Shown in pieces: positions 30,877-41,172 of a stretch of 64,000 bases of DNA (positions within the stretch are counted from its first letter, which is position 1; each line of letters begins with the position of its first letter). The translations under genes and the position numbers were made by a program. The stretch is from Verrucomicrobiia bacterium. Lineage in GTDB: Bacteria > Verrucomicrobiota > Verrucomicrobiia > Limisphaerales > UBA1319. The notes below the pieces were generated by a model. It was not told where the DNA came from. It was given only the letters and a program-made list of their open reading frames with translations, and made no database searches. The stretch covers positions 4,704,001 through 4,768,000 of the forward strand of contig OY760937.1 in the NCBI GenBank assembly GCA_963664225.1, given 5' to 3'.

Positions 30877-31334
30877 GGTGTGGGTTAATGGTTGGTGATG
30901 CTCATGAATTACCCCTGCCATCGGGGTTGGCGGTTTGAAAAGGGAACCAATAAGTTTTCAGGTAAAGCGATGGGACTTCCATGGCTTCGAATTGAATCCA
31001 ACTTTTCAACGCATTCATTTTTCCTGCCCTGTCGGTGACTGTGGTTACGGGTCGTTGCGCCTGCGAGTTAATGGGTCAGGCGGCGACTCTCCCGGCAAAA
31101 GTCCGCCTCGATAGAAGATGTGTCAAAATATAAATACGAATAATAATGATAAAAAAACCTAATGAAACAACGGGTCAATTCCTGCAGGTTTTGGGCCGCA
31201 TCCAAGTGAGCGACCGGCGGCAGAGGATGTCCGGCATTCATGTCACCGCAAAATTCGGGTGGCTTACACGGACGACCAGGTGCATCTTAGTGAGACGCTG
31301 GAAGGCCAGCGACAAGCCAAAGAATCAGATAAAC

Positions 31335-31544
31335 ATGAAACCGATCTTCTCACCCAACATCAGCAATAAAGGCCGACTCATTCGTGGGGGTGGAGCGTTA
31401 CTATTCTTTATTGGCGCATGGTTTGCCTTTGGCGTGTCGATATGGATCGGAGCGGGGATGATTGCGTGCGGCGGTTTCGTATTGTTCGAGGCGCTGCGGG
31501 GTTGGTGCGCGCTGCGCGCTTGCGGCATCAAGACGAGGTTTTGA
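31335..31544 (+). CDS. Small membrane protein, DUF2892/YgaP-like
   Basis: PNI...GRLIR, two hydrophobic helices, GWC...GIKT; ATG 31335 preferred over 31146. Confidence 0.75.
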   Translation: MKPIFSPNISNKGRLIRGGGALLFFIGAWFAFGVSIWIGAGMIACGGFVLFEALRGWCALRACGIKTRF

Positions 31545-31557
31545 GCGCAAGCCCTGC

Positions 31558-32001
31558 ATGAAAGAGTTTATCCTGCACGCCGAGCTTTGGCTTCCGCGTC
31601 CGTGCATCGAGATCTTTCCGTTTTTCGCCGACGCGCGGAATCTGGAGACCATCACGCCACCGTGGCTGAAATTCCAGGTGCTGACGCCTTCGCCCATCGC
31701 AATGCGGCCAGGAGCATTGATTGACTACCGGATTCGCATTCACGGAATTCCCATTGGCTGGCGGACGGAAATCACGACATGGGAGCCGCCGCACCGTTTT
31801 ATCGATGTGCAACTGCGCGGTCCATACAGTCTGTGGCACCACACGCACACCTTCGAGGCTTGCGATGGCGGCACGCTTTGCCGGGACAATGTGCGCTATC
31901 GTCCACACGGCGGGGCACTCGTTAACTGGCTTTTTGTGCGGCGGGATGTCGAACGCATTTTTGAGTATCGGCAGCAGCGGCTGAAGGAGTTTTTTAGTTG
32001 A
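31558..32001 (+). CDS. SRPBCC/START-fold protein
   Basis: FFADARNLETITPPWL, W.TEIT.WEPP.RF.D.Q.RGPY.LWHHTHTF. Confidence 0.85.
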   Translation: MKEFILHAELWLPRPCIEIFPFFADARNLETITPPWLKFQVLTPSPIAMRPGALIDYRIRIHGIPIGWRTEITTWEPPHRFIDVQLRGPYSLWHHTHTFEACDGGTLCRDNVRYRPHGGALVNWLFVRRDVERIFEYRQQRLKEFFS

Positions 32002-33013
32002 GAATTCGTGACACCCGATAATAACGTTGGCCGGTGCCGAGGGTATCCGTCACCATATTTGTGGCGCCATCGCCAATCAAGTTGGTCAAAACCTGCCAGT
32101 TCGCGTCGATTAAATTGTTTTTGGATTCAATCTGATAAGTCTGTCCCAGAAAAGTGGCGAAAGAGATCCTCAGGAGATCGTTGGTCTTGGTCGTCGAGAG
32201 GGCGAGCGGCGTTTCCGTGGCCGCGTAAACCCGCACGTAATCCACCAACATGCGCTGTGGAAAAGGCGTGGTGGCATCCGGATTGCCAGGCCAGTTGCCG
32301 CCCACGGCAACGTTGAGCAGCAAATATTGCGGCTGGGTGAACACCCACGGTGCGCCTGCGGGAAGGTTTGCCGGGGTGACTGTGAAATAAGGGTGGTTGT
32401 CCACGAACCACTTTATCTGGTTGGTTGTCCATTCGATTGCATATACATGGAAGTCGTCCGCAAAAAATGCGCCGCCTGGGAGCGCGCCTGGCCCTCCAAT
32501 GCCGTTTCCACCGGAATAGCCCGGCCCATGAATGGTGCCATGAATCGTTCCAGGCTCACGGCCGATGTTCTCCATAATGTCGATTTCTCCGCAGCCGGGC
32601 CAGCCGACGGAAGAGATGTTGGTCCCTAGCGTCCAGAATGCCGGCCAGATTCCCTGACCGCGCGGAATTTTGATGCGCGCCTCGCTACGGCCATAGGCCC
32701 AAGACCACCTGGCTTTCGTAAGCAGACGCGCGGAAGTGTAGTCTTTGCCGCCATAGCTTTCCCGGCGGGCTTCGATTACCAGTTGACCATTTTCAATCCG
32801 GGCGTTGTTCGTTCGCGATGTGTAGTACTCGAGCTCATTGTTGCCCCATCCGGTGCCACCCACCTCGAAGCCCCATTTGGCAGAGTTAGGTGAACTGCCG
32901 TTGGTCTGATTAAACTCATCGGACCATACGAGGGTCCAGTTCTGCGCCTGAACGCGGAGGGCGAAGCAGGCGCCACACACCAACAGACAAGAAAATCGAA
33001 TCCAATGTCTCAT
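31994..33013 (-). CDS. Exported GH16 beta-1,3-glucanase (laminarinase-like) with C-terminal YYR domain
   Basis: LVWSDEF, GWGNNELEYY, YTSARL, GIWPAFW, catalytic EIDIME, LLNVAVGG, VDYVRVY; terminal QRYYRV. Confidence 0.93.
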   Translation of the reverse strand: MRHWIRFSCLLVCGACFALRVQAQNWTLVWSDEFNQTNGSSPNSAKWGFEVGGTGWGNNELEYYTSRTNNARIENGQLVIEARRESYGGKDYTSARLLTKARWSWAYGRSEARIKIPRGQGIWPAFWTLGTNISSVGWPGCGEIDIMENIGREPGTIHGTIHGPGYSGGNGIGGPGALPGGAFFADDFHVYAIEWTTNQIKWFVDNHPYFTVTPANLPAGAPWVFTQPQYLLLNVAVGGNWPGNPDATTPFPQRMLVDYVRVYAATETPLALSTTKTNDLLRISFATFLGQTYQIESKNNLIDANWQVLTNLIGDGATNMVTDTLGTGQRYYRVSRILN

Positions 33014-33116
33014 CAAAGCTACAGCAAAATAGACGTCCCAGGGTGAATTGGGAAACAAAAAGGCCGACCATGTGCCAGCCTGGAAAACGTTTCTGACTAG
33101 AATTGATCAACGCCTT

Positions 33117-34340
33117 CTAGCGCGCCGGTTCTGAGGCTTTTTCCCGCACATCGATCCAGCTCAATCGTCCATAAGACTCGATGGTCTGCACGAGCGCTTC
33201 GATCCAGCTAGAGTCTCCGCGACAACTGGGGGCGCTTGCCATGTATCCGGACAAGGTGGAAGGATTGGCGCCAACCACCCAATATTCGATGGGGAAAATC
33301 ATTCCCATCATTTCGGGTTGGACCAAACCGACACCTTCATCGCCGGTGTAATCGCGCTGAAAATAGGGCGCATCGACCATCCACCAGAGCGGGAACTGCG
33401 ATTTGCCATACGTGTGGCGTTTAAGTGTTTCATCGCGGACGTTTTCCGCGAGGTAGCGACCGATCTCGGGAGAAATGCCCATGAACATCATGCCACGGTA
33501 GATCGAGCCATTTTGCTTGTGCCAATAGAGGCCGCCGTTGTTGTTCTTGAGATACATGCGAACGGTGTTCTTTTCCAACTGGCTCATGCGCGATTCGTCG
33601 CAGTTGATGCCGGGATCGCCCTTGAAGCCCAGGCCCATCAGAAGATTGTTGCTCAGGTTGAGCCATGAAGCCCGTTGCATCTCCGAATCATTGAAAGCCC
33701 CGGCCAGGCGGACCATCGCGATGTGGGCGCTCATGGTGGAATAGATGTCGCCCTGGGAAAGTTTGTTGGTGTAGCAGGACTTGATCTTGTTCCAATACGG
33801 CTGGAGGCTTTCAAAGTCGTTGGCGCGATAAGCCCACAACCAGGCTCCGTAAAGGGTCTGAATGGTGGGCCGGGTGGATTGCCAGTTGGTGGTCCAATTG
33901 CCGACGCGATTGATGGGATGAAACTCACGGCGCGTTCCGGCCACATCCGCATTCAGGCGACCGGGATTCCATGGGGCGAAAACGTCAGACTGGAATTGCT
34001 CATGCACGTAACGCTTAACGGCCGCCTGCCGGTCGGAAGGCAAATGCGGAAACGTCCAGGCCAGCGTTGTGACGATGCGTCCGGGTTCGAGATAGACGAA
34101 ATAGGCGTCGGTGAGTTCATCGGCATGATTGACGCGCCAGGGCGTCAAGTTGCCGGCAGCGAGGATGTCGTCGATCTGCTCGATCAACTGCGGCTTAAGC
34201 GCAGACACCTGGCGTTCGGGAATGTCGGTGGTCGTGGGGAATTCCCATGCGTAACGGTCCACGTTCACGGCGCGGGTCGTGACCGTGAAAGTAAGGAGTG
34301 CGAGGGCTGCGGAGATACTGATGAATGGGAATCGTTTCAT
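33117..34340 (-). CDS. Exported hypothetical protein, predicted mainly alpha-helical
   Basis: Signal peptide MKRFPF...TTRA; aromatic-rich; coupled to the upstream propeller gene (alternative ATG 34352 overlaps its stop). Confidence 0.7.
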   Translation of the reverse strand: MKRFPFISISAALALLTFTVTTRAVNVDRYAWEFPTTTDIPERQVSALKPQLIEQIDDILAAGNLTPWRVNHADELTDAYFVYLEPGRIVTTLAWTFPHLPSDRQAAVKRYVHEQFQSDVFAPWNPGRLNADVAGTRREFHPINRVGNWTTNWQSTRPTIQTLYGAWLWAYRANDFESLQPYWNKIKSCYTNKLSQGDIYSTMSAHIAMVRLAGAFNDSEMQRASWLNLSNNLLMGLGFKGDPGINCDESRMSQLEKNTVRMYLKNNNGGLYWHKQNGSIYRGMMFMGISPEIGRYLAENVRDETLKRHTYGKSQFPLWWMVDAPYFQRDYTGDEGVGLVQPEMMGMIFPIEYWVVGANPSTLSGYMASAPSCRGDSSWIEALVQTIESYGRLSWIDVREKASEPAR

Positions 34341-34348
34341 GGCGTGGC

Positions 34349-35914
34349 TCACTGGTCGGCATGTTCAATGGCGGTGACGCAGTAGCTTTCTGAGAGAAAC
34401 AGGCGCTGGTTGGCGACTGTGACGCCCACCCGACCTTGTGTTGCAGGACTCGGGGTGCGCGGCAGGGGAATATCACTGGTATCGGCATACATGACCGGTG
34501 CGTTCCAAGTGCCGCCATCGCGCGTGCGGACCTCGACTTGAATCTGCAGATGACGGCGTTCCTCCAAATCCATGGCGTAGGTGCCACGAAAACGCTGCCG
34601 CCAGTAACAGTATTTTCCCCCGGTCGACAAGGCATAGAGATTGTCGGTTTCCATGGGCCAGACATTGACTGGAGGACCGGCGTTGAACGACTTGCGGTGG
34701 CCGGTGATTGGATCCACCGCCGCCAGGTCAATGAAATAGCGTGTGCCAAAGGTGCCTTCGCGCAGTGTCAGACTGCAAAACCGGGTGGGCCACCAGCAAA
34801 CCACGTTTCCGTGCTGGTCAACGACCGGCGGGTTGGGAGGTTGGCCGCAACCCTCGGAGGGGCCGCAAGGAATCTGAAATGGTTCATCGAGGTCCGAGAG
34901 GTTCAACGCGAAGTAACTTTTCCAGTCATTCTTCGAAGACCATGCGCCATACGTGGCGGCGCCATTGAGCCAGTCCTGATACCTGGACTCCTCGTCGGCC
35001 AGACTTGTGGCTTTGGAAAGCAAATCATCATTAACGCCTTCGCTGCCGACACACCACACGGGGGCGGTTCGCACCCAGAGTCTATTATCGTGAATCATGG
35101 GCCATTCCAGGCGAAAGCTCTGGCCGTAAACTTGATGCGAAGCCATGATTTTCCCATTCGCAGCGTTCAGCATGTAAACCTTCATGTCCTCCGCGCCCAC
35201 ATAGACCGCGTCAGGAGTGGCGGCCAGACTGCCTTGAACAATGCCGCCCAGCGGTTCCGACTTCCAAAGGACCTCTCCCGTTTCCAAGCGAATGGCTGAA
35301 ACGACGCGGCTGTGGTTGGCGACATAGACGCGGTCACCGACCACGCATGGCGCGCCGGTGATTGCCTTTCCGGTATGAACCGTCCAGACGGGCGCGCCGT
35401 TGGTGATGTTGTACCCATGCACGCCACCCTGGATCGAGCCGAATACCACCACGGAACCCGCCGCCGCACCGGTGGCGATGGATCCGCCGGGCAAGTCCGC
35501 TGACCAGGCGGTCGTGCCATCGTCCTCGCGGATGGCATAAGCTTTTCCCTCCTGAGAAGCGACGAACACCCATCCCCGGTGGACGATCGGCTGCATCATG
35601 CCCGAGAGCGTGAACGGAACCGAAGCGGGCAGGGGATAGGATTTGCCAACGCCTGTGGTCAGATCGTTGGTCCAACTGGAATCGCTGGGTTTGGACGCCC
35701 GGTTTCTCAGAGTGCCAGCTTCGGCGAACCACAACCAGCGCGCGCGGTAAGGCGGGGCGACCTCATCCACACTACGCCCGGTGCGCCCGGCATCGCGCTG
35801 CAACTGCGGCCAGTCAGCAGCGCTGGTGGTTGGAAGCGTCCCTGCCAGATTTAGAGCCACAATCGCGAAAACCACGAAGGGAACCAGGGCGCTTCTTGAA
35901 GGGATGGTTTTCAT
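34349..35914 (-). CDS. Exported PQQ-like/BamB-type beta-propeller protein
   Basis: Signal peptide, DWPQLQRDAGRTG, repeated YA...DG...W Trp-docking blades. Confidence 0.8.
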   Translation of the reverse strand: MKTIPSRSALVPFVVFAIVALNLAGTLPTTSAADWPQLQRDAGRTGRSVDEVAPPYRARWLWFAEAGTLRNRASKPSDSSWTNDLTTGVGKSYPLPASVPFTLSGMMQPIVHRGWVFVASQEGKAYAIREDDGTTAWSADLPGGSIATGAAAGSVVVFGSIQGGVHGYNITNGAPVWTVHTGKAITGAPCVVGDRVYVANHSRVVSAIRLETGEVLWKSEPLGGIVQGSLAATPDAVYVGAEDMKVYMLNAANGKIMASHQVYGQSFRLEWPMIHDNRLWVRTAPVWCVGSEGVNDDLLSKATSLADEESRYQDWLNGAATYGAWSSKNDWKSYFALNLSDLDEPFQIPCGPSEGCGQPPNPPVVDQHGNVVCWWPTRFCSLTLREGTFGTRYFIDLAAVDPITGHRKSFNAGPPVNVWPMETDNLYALSTGGKYCYWRQRFRGTYAMDLEERRHLQIQVEVRTRDGGTWNAPVMYADTSDIPLPRTPSPATQGRVGVTVANQRLFLSESYCVTAIEHADQ

Positions 35915-35932
35915 TGGAGGATCGAAAGCTTT

Positions 35933-37408
35933 TTAGCGCGCCCGCTTGAAGTCGATAAATCCGCGTTCCACATCCGTGCTGACCAACTGGACGCGGAGTC
36001 TCTGGCCGACGTCCGCGCCTTCAAAGCCGCTTTCCAACCGCCCTTCAATGGGAGGCTGCATGATGCGAACCCACGTTCCCTTGTCGGATGCGCCGGTGAC
36101 GACGGCATCGAATTGCTCCCCGAGCCTCGATTCCAACAGCAGCGCGGCAGCGGATTTTCTGACCTGGCGCTCGACCTTGTTCGCGTTGTCCTCCTCCTCG
36201 GTGCAATGTTTGGCGAGCAAGACCAGTTCACCGTTATCATAGGGAACGGGGCTGTTGGCCAATGCGGCTTTCAGCAAGCGTTGCGTGATCACGTCAGGGA
36301 AACGGCGGTTCGGCGCTGTGGAGTGCGCGTAGTCCTTGACCGCGAGACCAAAGTGGCCGTCGCTGCTGGCTCCCGGGAATTGGACGATGTATTCACCCGA
36401 ACCGAGCAACTTGATAACGCTCAGGGAAAGATCGGGAAAACGGAGGGGATCAGCGGTTTTGGCCGTGGCCAGAAACAGCTCGAGGGCCTTCGAATCGGGC
36501 TCGGCGGGCAAATTCGAGCCGCGTTCGGCGGCAAGCTCGACGATGCGGTCCCAGCGCTTGGGTGTGCGGACCACGCGACGGACGGACGGAAATTGTTTCG
36601 CAGCAAGAAACCGCGCGGCCACGCCATTGGCGGCGATCATGAAATCTGCAATCAGGTCCTTGGCACGGTTTTGTTGATCAATTTCGAGATCCTTGAGCTC
36701 ATCGCCCGCAAACACCGGTCGCGCCTGGATGGTCTCGAGATCAAGCGCGCCGTGCGCGTGCCGGAGTGTTTTCAATTTTTGAGCCACGCGGTCCTGGAGC
36801 CGGATGTTCTCTTCCAGACCGGCAACGGCGCCGATTTCCTTTGGCATCGGGCCGATACCATCGAGCCATGCGGCAACGCTGTTGTAGGCAAGCTTGGCGC
36901 GATTGTGCACCGTGGCTCGATAGAGGTTCGAGCTTAGAAGCGAACCGTCCGCGGCAAACACCATTTCGGCGACGACGGCCAGGCGGTCTGAGTCGAAATT
37001 GAGCGAGGTCAGATCGGTGGACAGTTTCTCGGGCAGCATCGGAAACGTCTCGGCCACGGTGTAAACAGAGGTGGTGTTTTGACGAGCATGATCGTCAAGG
37101 GCTGAGCTCTTTTTGACGACGGCGTCCACATCGGCAACGGCAACGAGGATTTTAACAGAACCGTCGGGCATGGATTCCGCAACGGTAAGCTGGTCCAGAT
37201 CGCGCGAATCATCGTTGTCGATGGAGCACCAAAGCAGGTTCCTCAGGTCGTGTGTGGAAGGATCATTGCGCGTGGCGGGCCCGTGAATGGCGTCCAGTTC
37301 GGCAAGCGCCTGGGGCGGAAAGTCAGGAACCAGTCCTTTTTCCAGCATCATTCGATGGGCAATATTCTGCAGGATGGCTCGGTGCTGTTTGTCGTCAGTA
37401 TTAGTCAT
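35933..37408 (-). CDS. RNB-domain exoribonuclease (RNase II/R family, short form)
   Basis: SIDNDDSRDLDQ, VAVADV, TSVYT...PMLP, FMIAAN, HFGLA...YAHSTAPNRRFPD, C-terminal S1 domain. Confidence 0.92.
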   Translation of the reverse strand: MTNTDDKQHRAILQNIAHRMMLEKGLVPDFPPQALAELDAIHGPATRNDPSTHDLRNLLWCSIDNDDSRDLDQLTVAESMPDGSVKILVAVADVDAVVKKSSALDDHARQNTTSVYTVAETFPMLPEKLSTDLTSLNFDSDRLAVVAEMVFAADGSLLSSNLYRATVHNRAKLAYNSVAAWLDGIGPMPKEIGAVAGLEENIRLQDRVAQKLKTLRHAHGALDLETIQARPVFAGDELKDLEIDQQNRAKDLIADFMIAANGVAARFLAAKQFPSVRRVVRTPKRWDRIVELAAERGSNLPAEPDSKALELFLATAKTADPLRFPDLSLSVIKLLGSGEYIVQFPGASSDGHFGLAVKDYAHSTAPNRRFPDVITQRLLKAALANSPVPYDNGELVLLAKHCTEEEDNANKVERQVRKSAAALLLESRLGEQFDAVVTGASDKGTWVRIMQPPIEGRLESGFEGADVGQRLRVQLVSTDVERGFIDFKRAR

Positions 37409-37499
37409 AATATCACAATTCTGATTTCCCTAATCGAAAAGCTTCCCTCCGCAATAATTCGGACCTGCTCCAGGAATGGATGCGGAAAATGAGGAATCG

Positions 37500-37522
37500 G
37501 GGGAGATCATGGCGATCTCCCC
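37500..37522. other. Perfect 9-bp hairpin between the dehydrogenase and RNB genes
   Basis: GGGGAGATC-ATGGC-GATCTCCCC with no clear U tract; possibly an attenuator or RNA-stability element. Confidence 0.5.
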
Positions 37523-37556
37523 AAACTGGGACAAGAGTAAAGATGTGGCACCGCGC

Positions 37557-38576
37557 TCACCCAATGTCGTTCTGCAAGACGATGCGATAACGGGCCTTGC
37601 CGGCGCGCAGATGGTCGAGCGCGTCATTGACCTTGGACATCGGGAACACCTCAACCACGGGTGCGATGGAGTGCCGGGAGGAAAATTCGATCATGCGGGC
37701 GGTGTTGAACGGGCTGCCGAGAGGGGAGCCGGAAATCGCCTTCTGGCCGCCAATCAACGCGAACGCCGCGACGGGAATCGGTTCCAGAACCGCGCCGACC
37801 ATGTGCAACCGGCCCTTGGGAGCGAGGCTGCCGAGAATCGCATCCCATGGGAGCGAAACATTGGCAGTGCAAATGATAAAGTCGAGCGAGCCCTCAATCT
37901 TCTTCAGTTGGGCCGCGTTGCGCGAGTTGACGACATGATGCGCGCCAAATTTCATTGCCTCGTCGCGCTTGGAATCGCTCGAAGTGAAGGCGGTGACCTC
38001 ACAGCCCCATTTGTTCAGGAATTGCAGCGCCATGTGTCCCAGGCCACCAATGCCAATGACTCCGACGCGGTCCATGGGCAGCACATTGTACTGGATGATG
38101 GGATTGAACACGGTGATGCCGCCGCAAAAGAGGGGGCCGGATTTCTTCGAGTCGAGCGCGTCCGGCAGCGGCACGGCCCATGCCCAATGACAGCGCACGC
38201 GATTGGCAAAGCCGCCGTGCCGTTTCACGATGGTTCCCTCCACCGTCGGGCAGAGATTATGGTTTCCGGAAAGACATTGCGGGCAGGCCATGCAACTTTC
38301 CGCATACCAGCCCAACCCGACGCGCTGGCCCACCTTTACGCCTTTGACCTTGTCGCCGGCTGCCACGACGCGTCCAGCCACCTCGTGGCCGGGCACAAAG
38401 GGATAAGCGGTCTGGCCCCAGTCGTTATCCAGCATGCTCAGGTCGCTGTGACAGATGCCGCAATACTCGACCTGGATTTCCACCTGTTCGTCCCTCAACG
38501 GCCCGGGATTGAACTCGAACGGTTGTAATTTTGCGCCTTTGGATGTTGCCGCGCAGGCTTTGAAAGTTGTGCTCAT
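37557..38576 (-). CDS. Zn-dependent NAD(P)H aldehyde reductase / alcohol dehydrogenase (Ahr/CAD-like)
   Basis: CGICHSD, GHEVAG, structural Zn site CxxCxxC-x7-C, GPLFCGGITV, GIGGLGH; ATG 38576 preferred. Confidence 0.93.
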   Translation of the reverse strand: MSTTFKACAATSKGAKLQPFEFNPGPLRDEQVEIQVEYCGICHSDLSMLDNDWGQTAYPFVPGHEVAGRVVAAGDKVKGVKVGQRVGLGWYAESCMACPQCLSGNHNLCPTVEGTIVKRHGGFANRVRCHWAWAVPLPDALDSKKSGPLFCGGITVFNPIIQYNVLPMDRVGVIGIGGLGHMALQFLNKWGCEVTAFTSSDSKRDEAMKFGAHHVVNSRNAAQLKKIEGSLDFIICTANVSLPWDAILGSLAPKGRLHMVGAVLEPIPVAAFALIGGQKAISGSPLGSPFNTARMIEFSSRHSIAPVVEVFPMSKVNDALDHLRAGKARYRIVLQNDIG

Positions 38577-38767
38577 TGTAAAAAACATGTAACGCAGGTT
38601 TGTTGTTTCGGCAACTGATGGGAAACACAAATTTCCGAAACTGAAATACGATGGAGATGGGAAAAGCCGACCATGCCTTGCCTGCCAAATCCTAGCGGCG
38701 GACATCCAAGCTGTCATTAAAGATATCTGCATTGGAGATGAAATTCGTTCTTAACATCTTTTAAGCA

Positions 38768-40192
38768 ATGTTGTTTGATGCCTGCATGTCCACCGTAACA
38801 CAGAATCAGGATTCGCATCCGGGAACCGTCCCGGCGCATTCCAATCCCATGAATGGCCGCATCTTCCTCTGGTCGATTACATCCGCGCTCGCGGGATTTC
38901 TATTCGGCTTCGACACCGTTGTGATCTCAGGCGCTGAAAAGACCATTCAGGAGCTTTGGCACCTCGGCGCCGGGATGCACGGGATCGCAATGGCCTCGGC
39001 ACTCTACGGAACCGTTCTGGGCTCGTTGCTCGGCGGATGGCCGACCGACAAGTTTGGCCGACGCGCCACGCTGCTCTGGATCGGACTCCTTTACCTGATC
39101 TCCGCGATCGGGACGGGTCTGGCCCCGGACGTGAATATTTTCATCATTGCGCGGTTCATCGGCGGTCTGGGCATCGGGATTTCCACAGTGGCGGCGCCTC
39201 TTTATATCTCGGAAATCGCCCCGCCGGAACATCGTGGCCGGCTGGCCGGAATGTTTCAGTTTAACATCGTGTTCGGCATCGTGATCGCGTTCCTTTCCAA
39301 TGCGCTGCTGGCTGGGGTTGGCGAGCACGCCTGGCGCTGGATGCTGGGTGTGGCGGCGTTTCCGTCCCTGCTTTACACCGTCATGTGCTTCGGCATTCCG
39401 GAAAGCCCACGCTGGCTGATCGGTCGCAAGGGTGACCGCGAGGCGGGCCTCAAAGTGCTGCGCGTCATCCGGCCCGAGGCGTCTCCGGCGGACCTGAACA
39501 CCATGGCGGATGAAATCGCCGCGCAATCCACACCGCAAAAAGTATCCGGGCGTTTTTGGACGCGCGGACTTCGCATCCCGATCATGCTGGCCTTCCTGAT
39601 CGCGTTCTTCAACCAGCTCTCCGGCATCAACGCGATCCTATACTTTGCGCCGCGCATTTTTGAGCTGACCGGTTTGGGCACGAAAGCCGCATTGCTGCAA
39701 TCCGTGGGTATTGGCATAACCAATCTGCTTTTTACATTTGTCGGCCTGTGGCTGATCGACCGGCTGGGTCGGCGCACGCTGCTCTATATTGGATCGTTCG
39801 GTTACATTGCCTCGCTCGGACTCACGTCCTGGGCGTTCTTCACCCAACACTACTCCATCGTTCCTGTGTGCATCTTCTCGTTCATCGCCGCGCACGCGGT
39901 CGGACAGGGCGCGGTCATCTGGGTGTTCATTTCGGAGATCTTTCCCAACCGGCATCGTGCTGAAGGTCAGGCCCTGGGCAGCTTCACACACTGGATATTT
40001 GCGGCGCTGCTCACCACGTTCTTTCCGAAGATGGTCACCGTGTTTCCTCCCGGCTACGTGTTCCTGTTTTTCTGCGGCATGATGGTGCTTCAGCTCATCT
40101 GGGTGAAGTTGATGGTTCCTGAGACCAAGGGCGTGCCGCTGGAGCAAATCCAGCAGCGGCTCACGGCTGGACTCCTGTCGGGCTCGAAGTAG
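38768..40192 (+). CDS. MFS sugar porter (possibly fructose/hexose)
   Basis: GFLFGFDT, DKFGRR, YISEIAP, PESPRWL, NQLSGINAILYF, DRLGRR, PETKG; start may be 38786. Confidence 0.95.
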   Translation: MLFDACMSTVTQNQDSHPGTVPAHSNPMNGRIFLWSITSALAGFLFGFDTVVISGAEKTIQELWHLGAGMHGIAMASALYGTVLGSLLGGWPTDKFGRRATLLWIGLLYLISAIGTGLAPDVNIFIIARFIGGLGIGISTVAAPLYISEIAPPEHRGRLAGMFQFNIVFGIVIAFLSNALLAGVGEHAWRWMLGVAAFPSLLYTVMCFGIPESPRWLIGRKGDREAGLKVLRVIRPEASPADLNTMADEIAAQSTPQKVSGRFWTRGLRIPIMLAFLIAFFNQLSGINAILYFAPRIFELTGLGTKAALLQSVGIGITNLLFTFVGLWLIDRLGRRTLLYIGSFGYIASLGLTSWAFFTQHYSIVPVCIFSFIAAHAVGQGAVIWVFISEIFPNRHRAEGQALGSFTHWIFAALLTTFFPKMVTVFPPGYVFLFFCGMMVLQLIWVKLMVPETKGVPLEQIQQRLTAGLLSGSK

Positions 40193-40239
40193 GCGCACGC
40201 CACCGCATGCATGTCACTGGCGACTGAAAGGAGAGCGTT

Positions 40240-41124
40240 GTGAGTTTTAAAGTGGTTGGCATCGGCGAGGCATTGTGGGACTTGCTGCCCACCGGACGGC
40301 AGATGGGCGGCGCGCCGACAAACTTCGCCTATCACGCCTGCGCGCTCGGTGCGGAGGCGCAGTTGATCACGCGCGTTGGCAGTGACGAGCTCGGGCGCGA
40401 GCTTGTCGGTCGGTTGAAAAAACTGGGCGTGCCCACCGATTGCGTGGAAGTGGATGCGGTGAAACCCACGGGCACAGTGACGGTCACTGTGGAACACGAC
40501 GGCCAGCCGCGCTTCATCATTCATGAGGGTGTTGCATGGGACAACCTCGCCGGCGGATCGGCGGGGCGCGAGGCGGCGTCCAAGGCGGATGCGATTTGCT
40601 TTGGCACGCTCGGGCAACGTCTGGAACCCGCGCGTTCGACGATCCAGTCGCTTGTCAGCACCACACCCCCTGACGCGCTGCGCATATTCGATATCAACCT
40701 TCGGCAGCATTTTTACTCCCAGTCGATTATCGAGGAATCGCTCAGGCTGGCGAATGTGCTGAAGGTGAATGATACAGAACTGCCGTGCCTGGCGGAGATG
40801 TTCAATCTGATCGGGGATGAACACGCACAAATCTCACAACTCGCCCAGCGGAATAAATTGTGCGCTGTGGCTTATACGCGGGGGGAACGTGGGAGCCTGT
40901 TATTTGTGGATGGCCGCTGGTCGGACCATCCGGGTGTGCGCACGAAAGTCGTGGACACCGTAGGCGCTGGCGATGCCTTCACTGCGGCGATGACCCTCGG
41001 TCTGCTGGCCGGATTGGATGCGGATGCGATCAACCTGCGCGCCAATGAAGTGGCGGCGTACGTCGCGTCCTGCGCAGGAGCGACACCGGATTTTCCCGAA
41101 GAGATGCACGCAGTAAAGTTCTGA
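40240..41124 (+). CDS. PfkB-family carbohydrate kinase (fructokinase-like)
   Basis: GIGEALWD, GGAPTN, FDINLR, LKVN..E, DTVGAGDAF; GTG start. Confidence 0.93.
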   Translation: MSFKVVGIGEALWDLLPTGRQMGGAPTNFAYHACALGAEAQLITRVGSDELGRELVGRLKKLGVPTDCVEVDAVKPTGTVTVTVEHDGQPRFIIHEGVAWDNLAGGSAGREAASKADAICFGTLGQRLEPARSTIQSLVSTTPPDALRIFDINLRQHFYSQSIIEESLRLANVLKVNDTELPCLAEMFNLIGDEHAQISQLAQRNKLCAVAYTRGERGSLLFVDGRWSDHPGVRTKVVDTVGAGDAFTAAMTLGLLAGLDADAINLRANEVAAYVASCAGATPDFPEEMHAVKF

Positions 41125-41172
41125 AAACATTTTCCTGATGGAGAGTTAACGAATCAACATGAATCACCGGAT

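Noticed and set aside
37476..38528. 350-aa plus-strand ORF opposite the alcohol dehydrogenase
   Set aside because: Antisense shadow; the minus strand carries all the Zn-dehydrogenase motifs.
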